DNA of 64,000 nt from the human T2T-CHM13v2.0 reference genome, Homo sapiens: assembly GCF_009914755.1 (NCBI RefSeq), contig NC_060934.1, one strand, 5' to 3'. A program made the translations under genes and the position numbers. The first letter of the stretch is position 1, and each line of letters begins with the position of its first letter. Under the pieces are notes generated by a model that worked only from the letters and a program-made list of their open reading frames with translations, was not told the origin of the DNA and did not search any database. This document shows, piece after piece, positions 37,630 to 49,689 of this stretch.

Positions 37630-37748
37630 ATGCTCACTACCTCACCTGCAGGATCCAGGAATGTGCCGAGACAACTAGAAGTGGGCCTTTTGCCCGCTCC
37701 ATTGACATCAGTTCCCTGGTTGTCCAGGATGAATATATCTTCATTCAG
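37630..37748 (+). CDS. SORCS3: SORCS3 internal coding exon (119 nt, probably exon 7), VPS10 domain
   Basis: ctaccctcctgtttcAG acceptor and CAG|GTGAGT donor. Translates (Y)AHYLTCRIQECAETTRSGPFARSIDISSLVVQDEYIFIQ, the SORCS3 counterpart of SORCS1 SHYLTCRMQNC...SLIVQD. Phase is compatible with the upstream exon. Confidence 0.97.
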
Positions 37749-40039
37749 GTGAGTACAGAAAGTGCAGTTGGTGGTAGGAGGATGCATCGTTGAAGTTGGC
37801 TGCCTGCTAGGAAAAGGAGGGTGGCTTTCCCAAGGTTGTGAAGATGTGGAGTTGAGACACTGTCCCTCCTTTGCTTCAGGGACCCAGTCCTCTGGGGAGA
37901 GCCCAGACTTCTACTGGTTTTAGTGATGCACTGAATCCTTCCATTGGATTGCCATTTTATAGCACAGGAGCTGTCTGAATTGGCTAGTCTTGGGCTGGGT
38001 TTGAAGTAACTTAGTCAAATTTCTAATGGGATTTGACTTTAAGTAATTTATCAAAGCCACATTCTATTTCTACCCAAAGTGACTTGTATAACTTGGCAAT
38101 GAAAATCCCCTGTAAATTAAGCATCTTTAGGATTCTTTTTCTGGAAATACCTACTACTCACTAAACTTTCCCCTTCTTTCCAGTGCTGACTACCTTCTCA
38201 ATGTCCATGTCCCAAAGCGTTTACTCCCAGAACTGAGTCTTAGGAAAAATTAGATGGGACTCATATTTAGGCAGAGCAGGGAAGCCTTCTTTTACATTTT
38301 CGGTCTTCTTATCTCTATTGTGTACTATAAGGAGGTACAAAACAGGACAAAAATAAGGGGAACAAAAGGTAGTGCTCCACCAGATGACTGACAGAGGATG
38401 CATGTGATAAATCAAACATGGTATTTGATTGCAACCTTGATTTCCCACACTCTGCCTTTCCATCCTTCTATTCTCAGTTGTTTTGCAAACTATTCCCACA
38501 GGAAAGTTGAACTTTGAAAACTCCCTGAGTTGGCTCAGACCTAAGCACCTGAATGACCTTCTCTACCTGACCCCTGGTAGTTCAGTCCAGATCAATCCCA
38601 TCTCTTCTAGGAGACTTTCTATGAACTTCCAAGCTCAGTGTGACTCTCCATCCTCTGAACCCTTGCAACTTTATGGTCTATACCATTCCTCTAGCACACA
38701 GGCTATCAATGGATTTGTCTTCTCTCCAAATTGCATTTTACACTCTCTGAGAATGGTGATGATATTTTATACACACAGTTGACCCCTCTCCCTTGGCCCT
38801 AACAAGATGTCTTTGCATATCAGGGGTGCTCAGTCAATATTTGTTGTATTGAACTGATTGTAGGCATCGCAGTTACTTCTATCTATAACTTAGTTACATA
38901 GATTTTTGAGGTCTAGTAAAATACAGGAAAAGTAGCTAGCCACTCAAAAACCATCTTCGATGAGGGAGTGAAACAGGAAGGTTCTGTGGCTTCAAAAATC
39001 CCTGTTTTTTAGCTTGACTGAAATGCAGAATCTCAGAATTGTATTTCTAAGTCTTGGCAGGCCAACGGCACTCTCATTCTCTTATTCGTAAGTGTTTGTT
39101 TATTGAACACATACATTGCAAAATACATAGCACCAGTCACTACTCTAGAGTTCCTCAAGTTTCTGCCCTTGACCTGCTTCTCTACCCAGTACTCGCTGCC
39201 TGAGCAATCCCCTGGTTTTAAGGACTATTTCCAAGGTTTGATGACTTTCAAGTCAGTGAGCTGTGACCTCATGTACTGCAGCCTTCCATATCAAATAACC
39301 AACTCAGGATCCCAACATAGACATTCCACAAGTAAAACAGAACCAACAGGTCACCCTTGACCTTGACCCTTACACAGTTTGTGGCACAACCCCCTACCAG
39401 GTCAGTCAAAGTCAGTCTGTGTTGCCAAATTAAATGAACCCACAGCCTCTGTTAATATCTCTCTTTGTGATTTCTGTAGTGTTTCCTTTTATTCCATTCT
39501 CATTGTTATGGTCCCCATTTAAGGCCTTTATCTCTTTCTATTTAGATTTTTTTTTTTTTTTTTACAGTGGAAGCACAGGAGTGAGTTATGAATTTACCAG
39601 TCGGATTTCCCTTCCCTTAATGCTAAATATGCTAGAATTGTTTCTCGGAAACATGACTTAGAATGTAAAATGTTCAGACTTTTTTCATTTTTCCTTGTGT
39701 TCCATAAAGTTTGCTGTAACTCCGCAGACAGATACACAGATTTTTTTAAAAATTATTCTGAAACATTCCTTTTTTATTATACTGGAAGCAGACGGAAGTT
39801 TTGTCTTTAATTAGCATCAATTTTTATTTTCCTTGAAAAGATATGCGGTTTCATTATTCAATAAAGTTTTACTCATTGCCAAGTATATGTGAGGTCCCCT
39901 GTTCTAGGTGCTAGGTGCTGGGGTTAGGATAGTGAACACAACAAAGTTTCTGCCTTAGTGGCATTTAATTCTAGTGGAAGATAGGAAAAAATATGTGTAT
40001 GATGTAAACATCCATATATACATAGATGAAAAGTTATAA

Positions 40040-40270
40040 AGAGTAATGGTTAAGAACATATAATTTAGAGTCCAAAACCTGGCATTTGTTGAAACTGTGG
40101 CATTCCACACTTAGCTGTGTGACCTTGAGCTGTGCATCATTTGACTTATCTATAAAAAGAAGATAATTGTAGTACCTACTTCATGGGTTGCTGGGTGGAT
40201 TATATTTATTAACGCTATCTGTAAAGCAGCAAAACGATGCCCTAGAAACAGTGTTATATGAATATTTGCT
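40040..40270 (+). mobile_element. MIR
   Basis: gtaatggttaagaaca...agctgtgtgaccttg...gtacctacttcatgggttg. Confidence 0.7.
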
Positions 40271-40499
40271 TTCTATCTTTTATCTATCTACAAAATGTAT
40301 CAGATAATGACAAGTCCTATGAATAAAAATAAATCAGGGACTGTGAATATTGAAGCTATAAAGGTATTGCTGTTTTATTTAGGGAGACTTAGGAAGGCCT
40401 CATTGAGTGGTGAACTAGGAACACGGTGGCAGAAGATAGTGCAGTCAGAGAGGAGCGTGGAGCCAGGTTGTCAGGCCTTGGCTTCCTTGAGCCCACATG

Positions 40500-40870
40500 A
40501 AGATGGGGAGTGGGCAGTTAGAGATTTGAGTCTGGGTTCAGGAGCGGGGGTTCGTCATGGAGCAGTTGCAGCTGAGTGTATCCATTGTAAAGTTTATAGT
40601 ATATTGGTGGCATTTTTAGACCACACAGAATTGCCAGTCGCAGCTGAGTTGATCTATTGTAAAGTTGCCAGTATATTGGTGGCATTTCTTAGACCACTAA
40701 GAAATAAGTATTGATAGAAAAGAGAAACCATCCAAAGACTGAGCCTCAGGCTACTCCAATATTCAGAGTTCAATGAGATGAGCAGAAACCTGCAATGAGA
40801 CCTAGATAGACAATTTAGAGATAAGGCCGGAAAGGTGGAGGTGCTAGATCCCACTGGGCCTTGAAGGCTT
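40500..40870 (-). mobile_element. L2 fragment containing a diverged 72-bp tandem duplication (40563-40703)
   Basis: gactgagcctcaggctactccaatattcagag is the antisense L2 GVPQGS region. The duplicated unit is cagt[t/c]gcagctgagt...agtatattggtggcattt...agaccac. Confidence 0.6.
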
Positions 40871-41099
40871 TATTTTTACTATCAATGATGTGGGAACCAA
40901 TGGATTAACAATGCCCCAAATAATGTGAAAGGCCAATAAACTTGAGAAAAACATTGGATTTCATTAATCATCAACTAAACACAGATTACATGGTATCATT
41001 TGCAACTATCAATTAGCTAAGATTGAAATATGGTAAAAGAATGCCAATGAGTTGCAGGTAGACAACTACATACAGTGTAGGTACAAATATAAATCAGTG

Positions 41100-42790
41100 G
41101 ATCATCAGCATTTAATCCACCTTTTTCTTCTCACAGGTGAGTTTGGCCATTTGCATTGACAGATATGACATATATGTCTTAGTTTTGACAGTATATTCTT
41201 TGTGTTTAATTATGATTACTTTAAAACTCCCATTATATGGTCTGTTTGCTTTCCTGTGTGTCTGATAATTTTGAGTATTTGTATTTTTGTTCTAAGTGCT
41301 TAGCTTTATGAATAGAAATTTATATAACATACTGAATCTTCTATTTCTGGACAATATCTATTGATTTCCTGTTGGCAGCAATTACAAAATCAGTGTATTT
41401 CCTTGAATTTCTAATTTTCTCCCTCTCTTTAATTCTTCCACTACCTAATTTTGAATAATTATTTTCTAATGTTTGTCTTACTGCCTTAAAATATAATTCT
41501 GTTAGACTTAAATATTTTATGAAGCACTACAGAAGAAAGGTGAAAAAAATAGTATGTGTTTATGACCTCTTGTCAGATTCCTTTTTCCAACCCCAGTTTG
41601 TTGACGTCATCATTTTAGAGCATGAACATTCTACTCTGCACTGTAATTCCTGCATTTATTTTGATTTTAGTCTTATAGGTAAATGTATTCAGTTGTCCCC
41701 AGAAGTCTTTTTCCTATAGTTTTTCCCATTTATCTCTTGGTTATCTGAAATTTGTCTTCCAAGAAAGGCTAATTCTTGAATGCTGAAAATATGTTTGTCT
41801 GTATCTTTTTATATTTTAATATCATTTCTCAGGGTATAAAATGTATGTGTCATCCTCTTTCCATGAGAATTTTTACTCCAATAATTTGTTACTATTCAGA
41901 CCAGTCTCATATTTTTCATTAAGGCATCTTGTTGTTGTTTTATTTTGTTTTTTAACTTCAATACTTAAAGCCTTTAAAAAATATTTTGGCCAATATATTG
42001 TTATCAAATATATTGATACAATATATTATATCAAAATAAAAAATATTTTGATACCAATTACTCATTAGTTAGCATATGCCTTGTGGTTGGCCATAATGTA
42101 CTGATTCTTCTGGAATATTAATTTTTTTGTTAAATAGATTGAATTTTTTCTTTATTTTTTAATTTCTCGGGAGTTTCTGTGGCATATCTTGAAATATGTT
42201 TTCTATTTCAGTTTTGTAGTTTTGGTTCCTTTCTTCCAGGACATCTAGGATGTGTACACTAGACAGGAAAGACAAAAGAGAGCCATAATTTCTCCCATCC
42301 CAACCCTTTTTTACTCCCTGAGCAAACTGAGGAAAATGAGATTAAAAACAATCTTACATTATTTTCTAGGCTCTTTTTGCTTTATTGCTTTTTTTTTCTT
42401 TTTCCTGTTTTTGTTTAACTTCTTTTCTGAGCTTTGCCAGTTTATATTGTGTCTCTTTCTCTCGTATCAACATACCTTCCCTGAGCTCTTGTATTTCTGC
42501 TTCAAACCCTTCTCTTATAGAGGTGAGCTCTTCATCATACAGGTTATTTTAAATTATAGCAGTGTGTTTGCAATTTTTATTTGCTCTATGGAAGCATATT
42601 TTATTCCATATCTGTTATTTGTTTTTCCTGTCCCTTTCTGTCTTTTATTTTCCTATATTATTTTATCATTATTATGCTATTTTCTTTTATCTTTATATGT
42701 TTAACTATTGCTTATTTTTTAATGCTGTGAGTTCTTCCCAGAAAAAGTATTTGAGGAGGTTCATTTTAGCAACAGATTAGGGCTCTGTTT
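41100..42790 (-). mobile_element. Highly degenerate old L1M fragment(s)
   Basis: T-rich antisense L1 character (ggtgagtttggccatttgcatt; ctcagggtataaaat; ttccctgagctcttg). Confidence 0.55.
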
Positions 42791-43134
42791 CAGCTTAACA
42801 AGAATCCTTCTTGGTTCTCACTGAGGTTCTGTATGACTCAAGATTGTTTTCTCTGTGAGTGGGTCCTTCTGATAAGACAGAACCACCTGGAACACAATAT
42901 ATATGACTCCTTTCCCACGTATATTGTGTTTCAGAGTTAGATTTTCATTACGGATAGAGTTTGCATTTCCCTTTCTTATTTTTCTTATTGCTTTAGGGTG
43001 ATTTATAATAGGAAAAGGGAGAAGCATCATTATGATTTGGCTATTTAAAACCATTTATAAATCCTTATTATATATTTTCTGAAATGTTACAAGAGCTTAC
43101 TAATTGATTTTCTTCTCCCAGATCAACACCAACC

Positions 43135-43678
43135 TTCCCCACCAGCCAGTCACAGGGCTAAATCAATATTTCTACATTCAGTGGCAGCTCATCACCTATA
43201 GGGTGAAATCCAATTTCCTTACCATTGTCTACAAAGACCTCTGTGACCTGGATCCTACCTACTCCATCAGTCACATATGAATTCCTTACCCACCACTGCT
43301 CTTCACATTCCTTCCTTGTTTCATTGTAACCTTCAATAAACATAAACCTCTTTAGTCTCCATGCACAAACTGTGCCATTTCTTACTGTATATGCCTTTCT
43401 TATATATTTTTTTCCTGCCTGGGATGTCCCTTTACCAGACAAATTTATTATTTAAATTTAGGACAGACAGCACCTCCTGTAGGAAGTCTTCCCTGACATC
43501 CTCAGTCGGGATTGGACTAAGCTCCAATGCAGTTCTTACCCATTTGCATTATGTTTCCCCAGCCAGGTCTCTAAAAGGAATAGGACTGTGTGTTATTCGT
43601 CATTGCTTCTCTTGCTTCTCCTGTTCTTAGCATAATTACTGGTACTCAATAAATGTTTGCTGAACTGAACTGAACTGA
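43135..43678 (+). mobile_element. L2 3' end
   Basis: aaatccaatttccttacc...cacctcctgtaggaagtcttccctgac...ggtactcaataaatgtttgctgaactgaactgaac, the L2 terminus. Confidence 0.8.
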
Positions 43679-45249
43679 GAAGATAAGACACCATCCTATT
43701 CTCAGGAAGTGTAGTTAGTTATCTTTTTCAAGCAAGGGAATCTTGCTTCTGCAGCTAACAATACAGGACAACTTAGCCTAATTGACAATTGCTCAATGCG
43801 TAAGAAATGACCATGCAATGTACAATGTCTCTGCGTTTTTATAAAACTGCTGTCCAGGAATTGCCCAATATATTATTCATTGTCCTTTTTATATTCATTC
43901 ATTTAAATGTATTAAAATACATTCAGCCCAGTGGGAAATGCACATAACTAAACAAATATAATGTAATATGATGAGAGCTGTATTAGTGCAAAGCACATGT
44001 TGCTCTTGGAGAAAGAGCCTTTCACCTGACCCTAGAAGAGGGTCAGTACAGGCTTTCTCAAAAGAAGGCTATGAGTACGAATTAAGTAGGTGAAGGAGAA
44101 AGAGCATTCTGCCCAGAGGAGAAGGCCTGGGTAAAGTTAAGGAAATAAGTGAACACAATGTACCAGGACCTCTTATATAAGGGGCAGTTGTAATTGTGGG
44201 AGGGAGTGGAGTGGTAGAAAAAGAAGTTGGAAAATTGAACTGAACATTTTCTGTTTTCTTTAATTAAATCTAGATAATGTTGTGTTCCCCTCTTTATAGT
44301 TGCTAGAAAGCACAGAACTAATTTTTGTGTGAATTTTAGCAGCTTCCCCACATAAAGCTTATGGTATTGTTATTTTTCATATCCCTTTATGCTTTGCCAT
44401 AGGCCATTTTTTATTCCTTGGCTGCTTTCTTATATTCTTTTTGTTTGTTTGTTTGTTTTATTTTGTGTGTGTATTGCTTTTAAAAAATTATTAGAAACCA
44501 TCTCAAATGATTTTCTGAAACCAGTGTCATTTAAAAATCTTTTTTGGGGTGGGGGGTATAAGTTTTGAAAATTGAAATGATGATTAGGACGGGCTTTATG
44601 GAGAAGGTAAGATTTGTATCGATAGTAATCAATATCTGCCTGTGGCCTAGAAAAGGGCGAGCTTTTTCATTCTGTTCATTGAAATAAAGTTGCCTCTGCA
44701 GGTTTTGTCAAAGCAGAAAACCCACAGACCAACAGAGTAGCTTTTCCTACTCTATTGGAGAAGCTACACAGATGCTATATGAGCACAGTATCAGGGCATC
44801 AGAGGAGGTGGTTTTCTACCTGTTCCTGCCTACCAGTCTATCAAAGAATGGCCTTGGTACAAGAAGTCATAGAGCAGTGAGGCTTGAGTCCCTTCAAGGT
44901 GGCATTCCCAGGGAGTAGCGCCAAGGCAGAACTGGACATTGAGGATTGTGCATTCCACTGACAGATGCTTACTGGTTTGGCTTTTAAAGGGGATCCGTGT
45001 AGAGGCAGATTATTTTTTATTCCTACTATTTAAGCAGTTAAATAACAGCAAGATGAGGACGAGAGACTTTGGTGGGTTTGGTTTTTCATGACTATAGAGA
45101 TTTGTCTACTTAAATTTCGAACTTTTAAAAGTATTGATGTCTTATATTTGGTTTTAGTGCTAACAGAGACATATAACTGAGAAAGAAGAAACAACCTCAC
45201 AAACAAAGGAGACCAGCCTTTCCCTTCGTCCTTTCCCACCCTTATGTGC

Positions 45250-45407
45250 CAAATGGAGGAGGACGCCTGGAAAGGCTGGGCTTTGGGCTTCCCAGCACCT
45301 CCTCAAACGGAGCAACTCTGCTTTTGTTTGCTCTGTATATTAGGTTTCCTAATACTCCTTCGTTTGACAAAAGGATCCTGCTGCTAAAAAATGTTTGAAA
45401 ATCACTG
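45250..45407. mobile_element. hAT-Charlie MITE (MER112-like, tentative). A related copy in opposite orientation lies at about 55271-55493
   Basis: ctgcttttgtttgctctgtatattagg...gctgctaaaaaatgtttgaaaatcactg versus ccaatatataaaatagata at about 55340. Confidence 0.4.
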
Positions 45408-47339
45408 ACTTTTTGCAGCCCTGTTGGCTGCATTGGTCAAAGGTGAGGCTTTTCCATGTGTGGACAGCTGAACCGTGTGGAATGCAGGTGAGATCCAGGC
45501 TCAAATCTTTTCTCTGCATATTAATAAATGTGATGCACATATTTAATGTGCAATTTTTTACACATGAGTGAGAGATTATATACAAATGTACAGTATATGC
45601 ATTTGAGAGTACAGTTTAAATAATGAAAAACCTTGGTAACCTCTTTATAATGATATTCATTCATTAAATTAAACCTCTTCCCATGACATTAAAAATTTTA
45701 CCCTCTCCTGGTTGCCCCTATAAAGGAATGTGCCTCATACCCAATCATAATTTTATTTCTCTTGACATATTATTTTTAATTCTGTGTCTTATGTGCAGTA
45801 GAAGGGTCCATAAACCACCCACACAGCTCCTACTATTTAGAGAGACCTGGAAGTTCTCTACTTCACCTTTTATTTTCCTATTGACTAGGAGGTAAAGGTA
45901 GCCATCCTGATGGTTTTGCTTGGGGGAACCCAGTGTTTGATCTCCTGCTGTTGGACAAGCTGAGCTGGAGATATACAGAAAGCTGTGAAATTTGTTAATC
46001 TGTCAGTTCCTTTTCTGTGTAGGGGACCTGGGGTTTTGTAGCAAAATCAAAAGAAGCTAATCCTTCCCAGAAGAGCCCTTGTTTTAATAGGGAAGAGTCT
46101 GCCTGAAATGCCTCCGTTCCACTTGGATAGAAGAGAAATCGGCTTTCCTCTGTAGGGGCAGGGGAAAGCAGTAAGTTGATTTCTGTGTTCTGAGCCAAGC
46201 TGGTTGAAAATCCTGTCTTTTCTCCTTATGGAGTAGCGTTTCTAGTGATTATCCTGGAGAATCTGTATTTTAGCAGCAGTTGCAATAAAATTCCTTTAGT
46301 AATAAGATTCATACCCTGGCTACCCTTGCTACTAGGGAATGTGATGAAGAAACAAGAACAGTCCCTTAGTAACCTGTCACCAGCAATGTGTATATTATGT
46401 CTGCAGTGGATTGTGTGAAACCCTGCCCTATACTCTCTTCATGGCACAGAGGGTGGCCTTCAATGTGGTAAGAGTTCATTTCATAAAAGAGGTATAATAC
46501 TGACAAGTCTTCAAAAATTTAAAACACAAGAGGAAAAAAAAGTCCATAATTAAGATACAAATAAAGTACTCTAGAGGTAGGAAGAAAGCAGAAAATTTGG
46601 AAGAGGGACGGTCATCTTGCCTCTGCCAGGTCTTTCTCCACATCCCTAATGTCTTTGTTGCCTTAGCACAGAATGAAACTTTTCCCTCGCTGTTTTAAGT
46701 GAGCCTGTAGTACCCTGTGAGATGAGGTGCTGCAACTTGAACATTCTGGAAAAGGGCATGGTTTTTAGGAACTGAGCACAGGGAAAGGGTAGGAACCCTA
46801 AAGATACAGTTGGCCACTTGAGCCTGGGAGGGTTTGTGCTGATTCAGGCCAGGAGAAGAGAGTGGCTTCCTGAACCTGTGGCACCCACAACCACTCATGC
46901 AAACCCAGAACAGCTAGCTACTCCCTGAACCTTTGTAAAGATGCCAAGCGGACAGGTAACACTGTGTAGATCCATCTACTACCCAGTGGTATTTTCAACT
47001 CTCAGTAATATTCTATAGACCTGGCGAAGAAAAAAGAAACCTTATGTAACAAGGAATTCTGAGGTGGAGCAATAACATGTATCAGACTGTTTCTAGGATG
47101 ATACCAGTACTACATTGAAGTCAATTGGTAGCTTGGATACATGTTGCTGTTAGTTTTAAGAGTTCTATGTATAAACATAGAAAAATAGTACTGTTATAAA
47201 GTGTTGGGAGATGTTCCAGAAGTACTAGCAATTAACAAGTATTGGTAGCCAATTAACAGATACTTGTTGAGCCCTAGAAGTATGCCAGGTGCAATGGAGC
47301 ATTGCCCTGGTCTCCATCAGTTTATGATTCAAATAGCTA

Positions 47340-47580
47340 GTGGTCTGATGTGGAGAAAACAGCCCTGACTTTAAAGACCTGGGTTGTAATCAGGAATCTG
47401 CCACCTACCAGCCAGGAAATACGACACAAGTCACTTAAACTCTCAGAGTACTAATTTTCTCATCTCTGTAGAATGGAATCATGCTACTTGCCCTTTCTAA
47501 ATTGGAAGGTTGTTGTGAGGATCAAGGGAGATAATAATGGCTTTGAAATGCTTTGAACGCTACAAAGCCCTACAAAATGC
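47340..47580 (+). mobile_element. MIR
   Basis: agacctgggtt...tctgccacctaccagc...caagtcacttaaactctcagag...ggttgttgtgaggatcaa. Confidence 0.75.
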
Positions 47581-48429
47581 AAGAATTGAGAGACTAATCC
47601 ACATGCAAAAATCAGCCTCACTGTTTAGTGTATGCACATCCTCTTTTAAGGATTTTTATAAGCCGATCACATAAAAGATTACTAGATCTTTTCTCCAAAT
47701 TCGTTTTTAAATTATTCATAGATTCAATTCATGTATCAACATATGTGCATGATAAAAGCTTCCCACATAGCTTCCATGGTGTTGGTTTCTTTGATAACCA
47801 ACTTTTAATGATATATATGAGATGTAACTATTCTGGGATTTAATTAACTTTCAAGACTGTTTTTGCATCTTGGTCTCAGCTCACCTGGATTTTGGTACTT
47901 CATCTAAGATCCTGATTTATATACCCATCATGGAAGGTAGACAAGCCTCTATGATGTGGCTACTGTATCCCCAGTAAATTACTATCTTTCTGAAAAAAAC
48001 CCTGAGGCAGAAATTAATAGAGTGTAATTATTCAAAGAAAAGCTATTTGGAGATGTTTTAAATGATGTTAATTTGGTCTTAATGGGAGAGATTTTGAATG
48101 TTAAATAAATAGCAATTACATCATTAGGGACACATTTACAACACGGGAGTTTAAAGCAAAATGAAAGAGTTACAGAGACAGTCTTCAAAAGAAATCCAAT
48201 GAAGACATCTTCAGGTGAATATTCTTGAAGTGCTTTCAGAATCTTAAGTAAAAGTGTTTTCAACAGCCAGCCCAAATGGAGGTTCTTTAAATAGCTTGGA
48301 TGCATCTCCTATATGTGTAATGATTATAGTGGTTTGCTGTTAGTATTTGAAATACTTCTATGAATAAACACAAATTAGTGATCTGATTGCAAAGTAATGA
48401 TATTTAGTTGACCTTTGTATGGAGCATAC

Positions 48430-49568
48430 TCCATCTCACATCCTTCCAGCTATGTTTGCCTCAGCTACTAGCTTTGCGCAGAGGTGACCTGCTATCACCT
48501 TGCCTCACCTGCACTGTGGATCCCCTGTTCCAGGGCTGATTTATTCCCAAGTAGGATGCTTGCAAGAGACTCGTTACCTATTCTGGTGCAGATACAAGTC
48601 TTGAAGGTGCCAAAAATCTGGGACAACTTCAGCAACAGGAATCCAAAGCTGGTGGATCAGTGCTGGTGGGAATGTAAATTAGTTCAGTCATTGTGAAAAG
48701 CAGTTTGGCAATTTCTCAAAGAACTTAAAACAGGATTACCATTCGACCCAGCAATGCCATTATTGGGTATATGCCCAAAGGAAAATAAATTGTTCTGTTG
48801 TAAAGACACATGCACACATGTGTTCATCACAGCTTTGTTCACAGTAGTAAAGACATGGAATCAACCTAAATGCCCATCAATGGTAGACTAGATTAAAAAA
48901 AAATGGCACATATACACAGTGGAATACTATGCAGCCATAAAAAAGAACAAGATTATGTCCTTTGCAGCAACATGGATGGAGCTGGAGGCCATTATCCTAA
49001 GCAAACTAACACGGAAATAGAAAACCATATACCTCACGTTCTCACTTGTAAGTGGGAGTTAAACTTTGAGTACATATGGACACAAAGAAGGGAATGGTAG
49101 ACCCCGAGGCCTACTTAAAAGTGGAGGGTGGGAGGAGGAAGAGGAGCAGAAAACTATCTATTAGGTACTATACTTATTACCTGGGTGACAAAATAATCTG
49201 TACACCAAATACCCATGACATACAATATGCCTATATAACAAACCTGTGCATGTACCCTGAACCTAAAATAAAAGTTAAAAAAAAAAACAAAACTAATGGA
49301 TCAGTACTCTTCTCTTATGTCAGGTAGGCAAGTCTGAGCCTCATTCTACATGAATTTTCATAGGCTGTCTAGTGGGATTGAGCCCTAATTGCTGACAATA
49401 ATAACCAGTTTAGTAATGCACCCTGGAATGGCCTTCTCTCCCTCCCTGTTTCCTGCTTCCTAGTTTCACCACTCCTGTCCCCAGATCATTCCTCAACAAA
49501 CAAAAACGATAAACTACATAAAAGTCCTTGACTCAGGCTTTACTTTTGGGGGTAACTTAATGCAAGGC
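48430..49568 (+). mobile_element. LTR16-family (ERVL) solo LTR split by an L1
   Basis: 3' part gggattgagccctaattgc...taatgcaccc...ataaactac...ccttgactcagg...tttgggggtaac is typical of LTR16. Confidence 0.65.
48661..49288 (+). mobile_element. L1PA16/L1PB-like 3' end, 5'-truncated, with diverged 16-bp TSD
   Basis: tgctggtgggaatgtaaattagttcag...aacaaacctgtgcatgtaccctgaacctaaaataaaagtt followed by an A-tail. TSD aaagctggtggatcag (48645-48660) and aaaactaatggatcag (49289-49304). Confidence 0.92.
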
Positions 49569-49689
49569 AATCTTGAATGACTCTCAAATATTTCTTGGAT
49601 CCCTGCTATGTATCCAGTTATTGTAGGTAGAGTGAACTATTTAAGTGAAGTAGAAGGCATTGTTCTCATCCCCATATAAATGAGATTCC

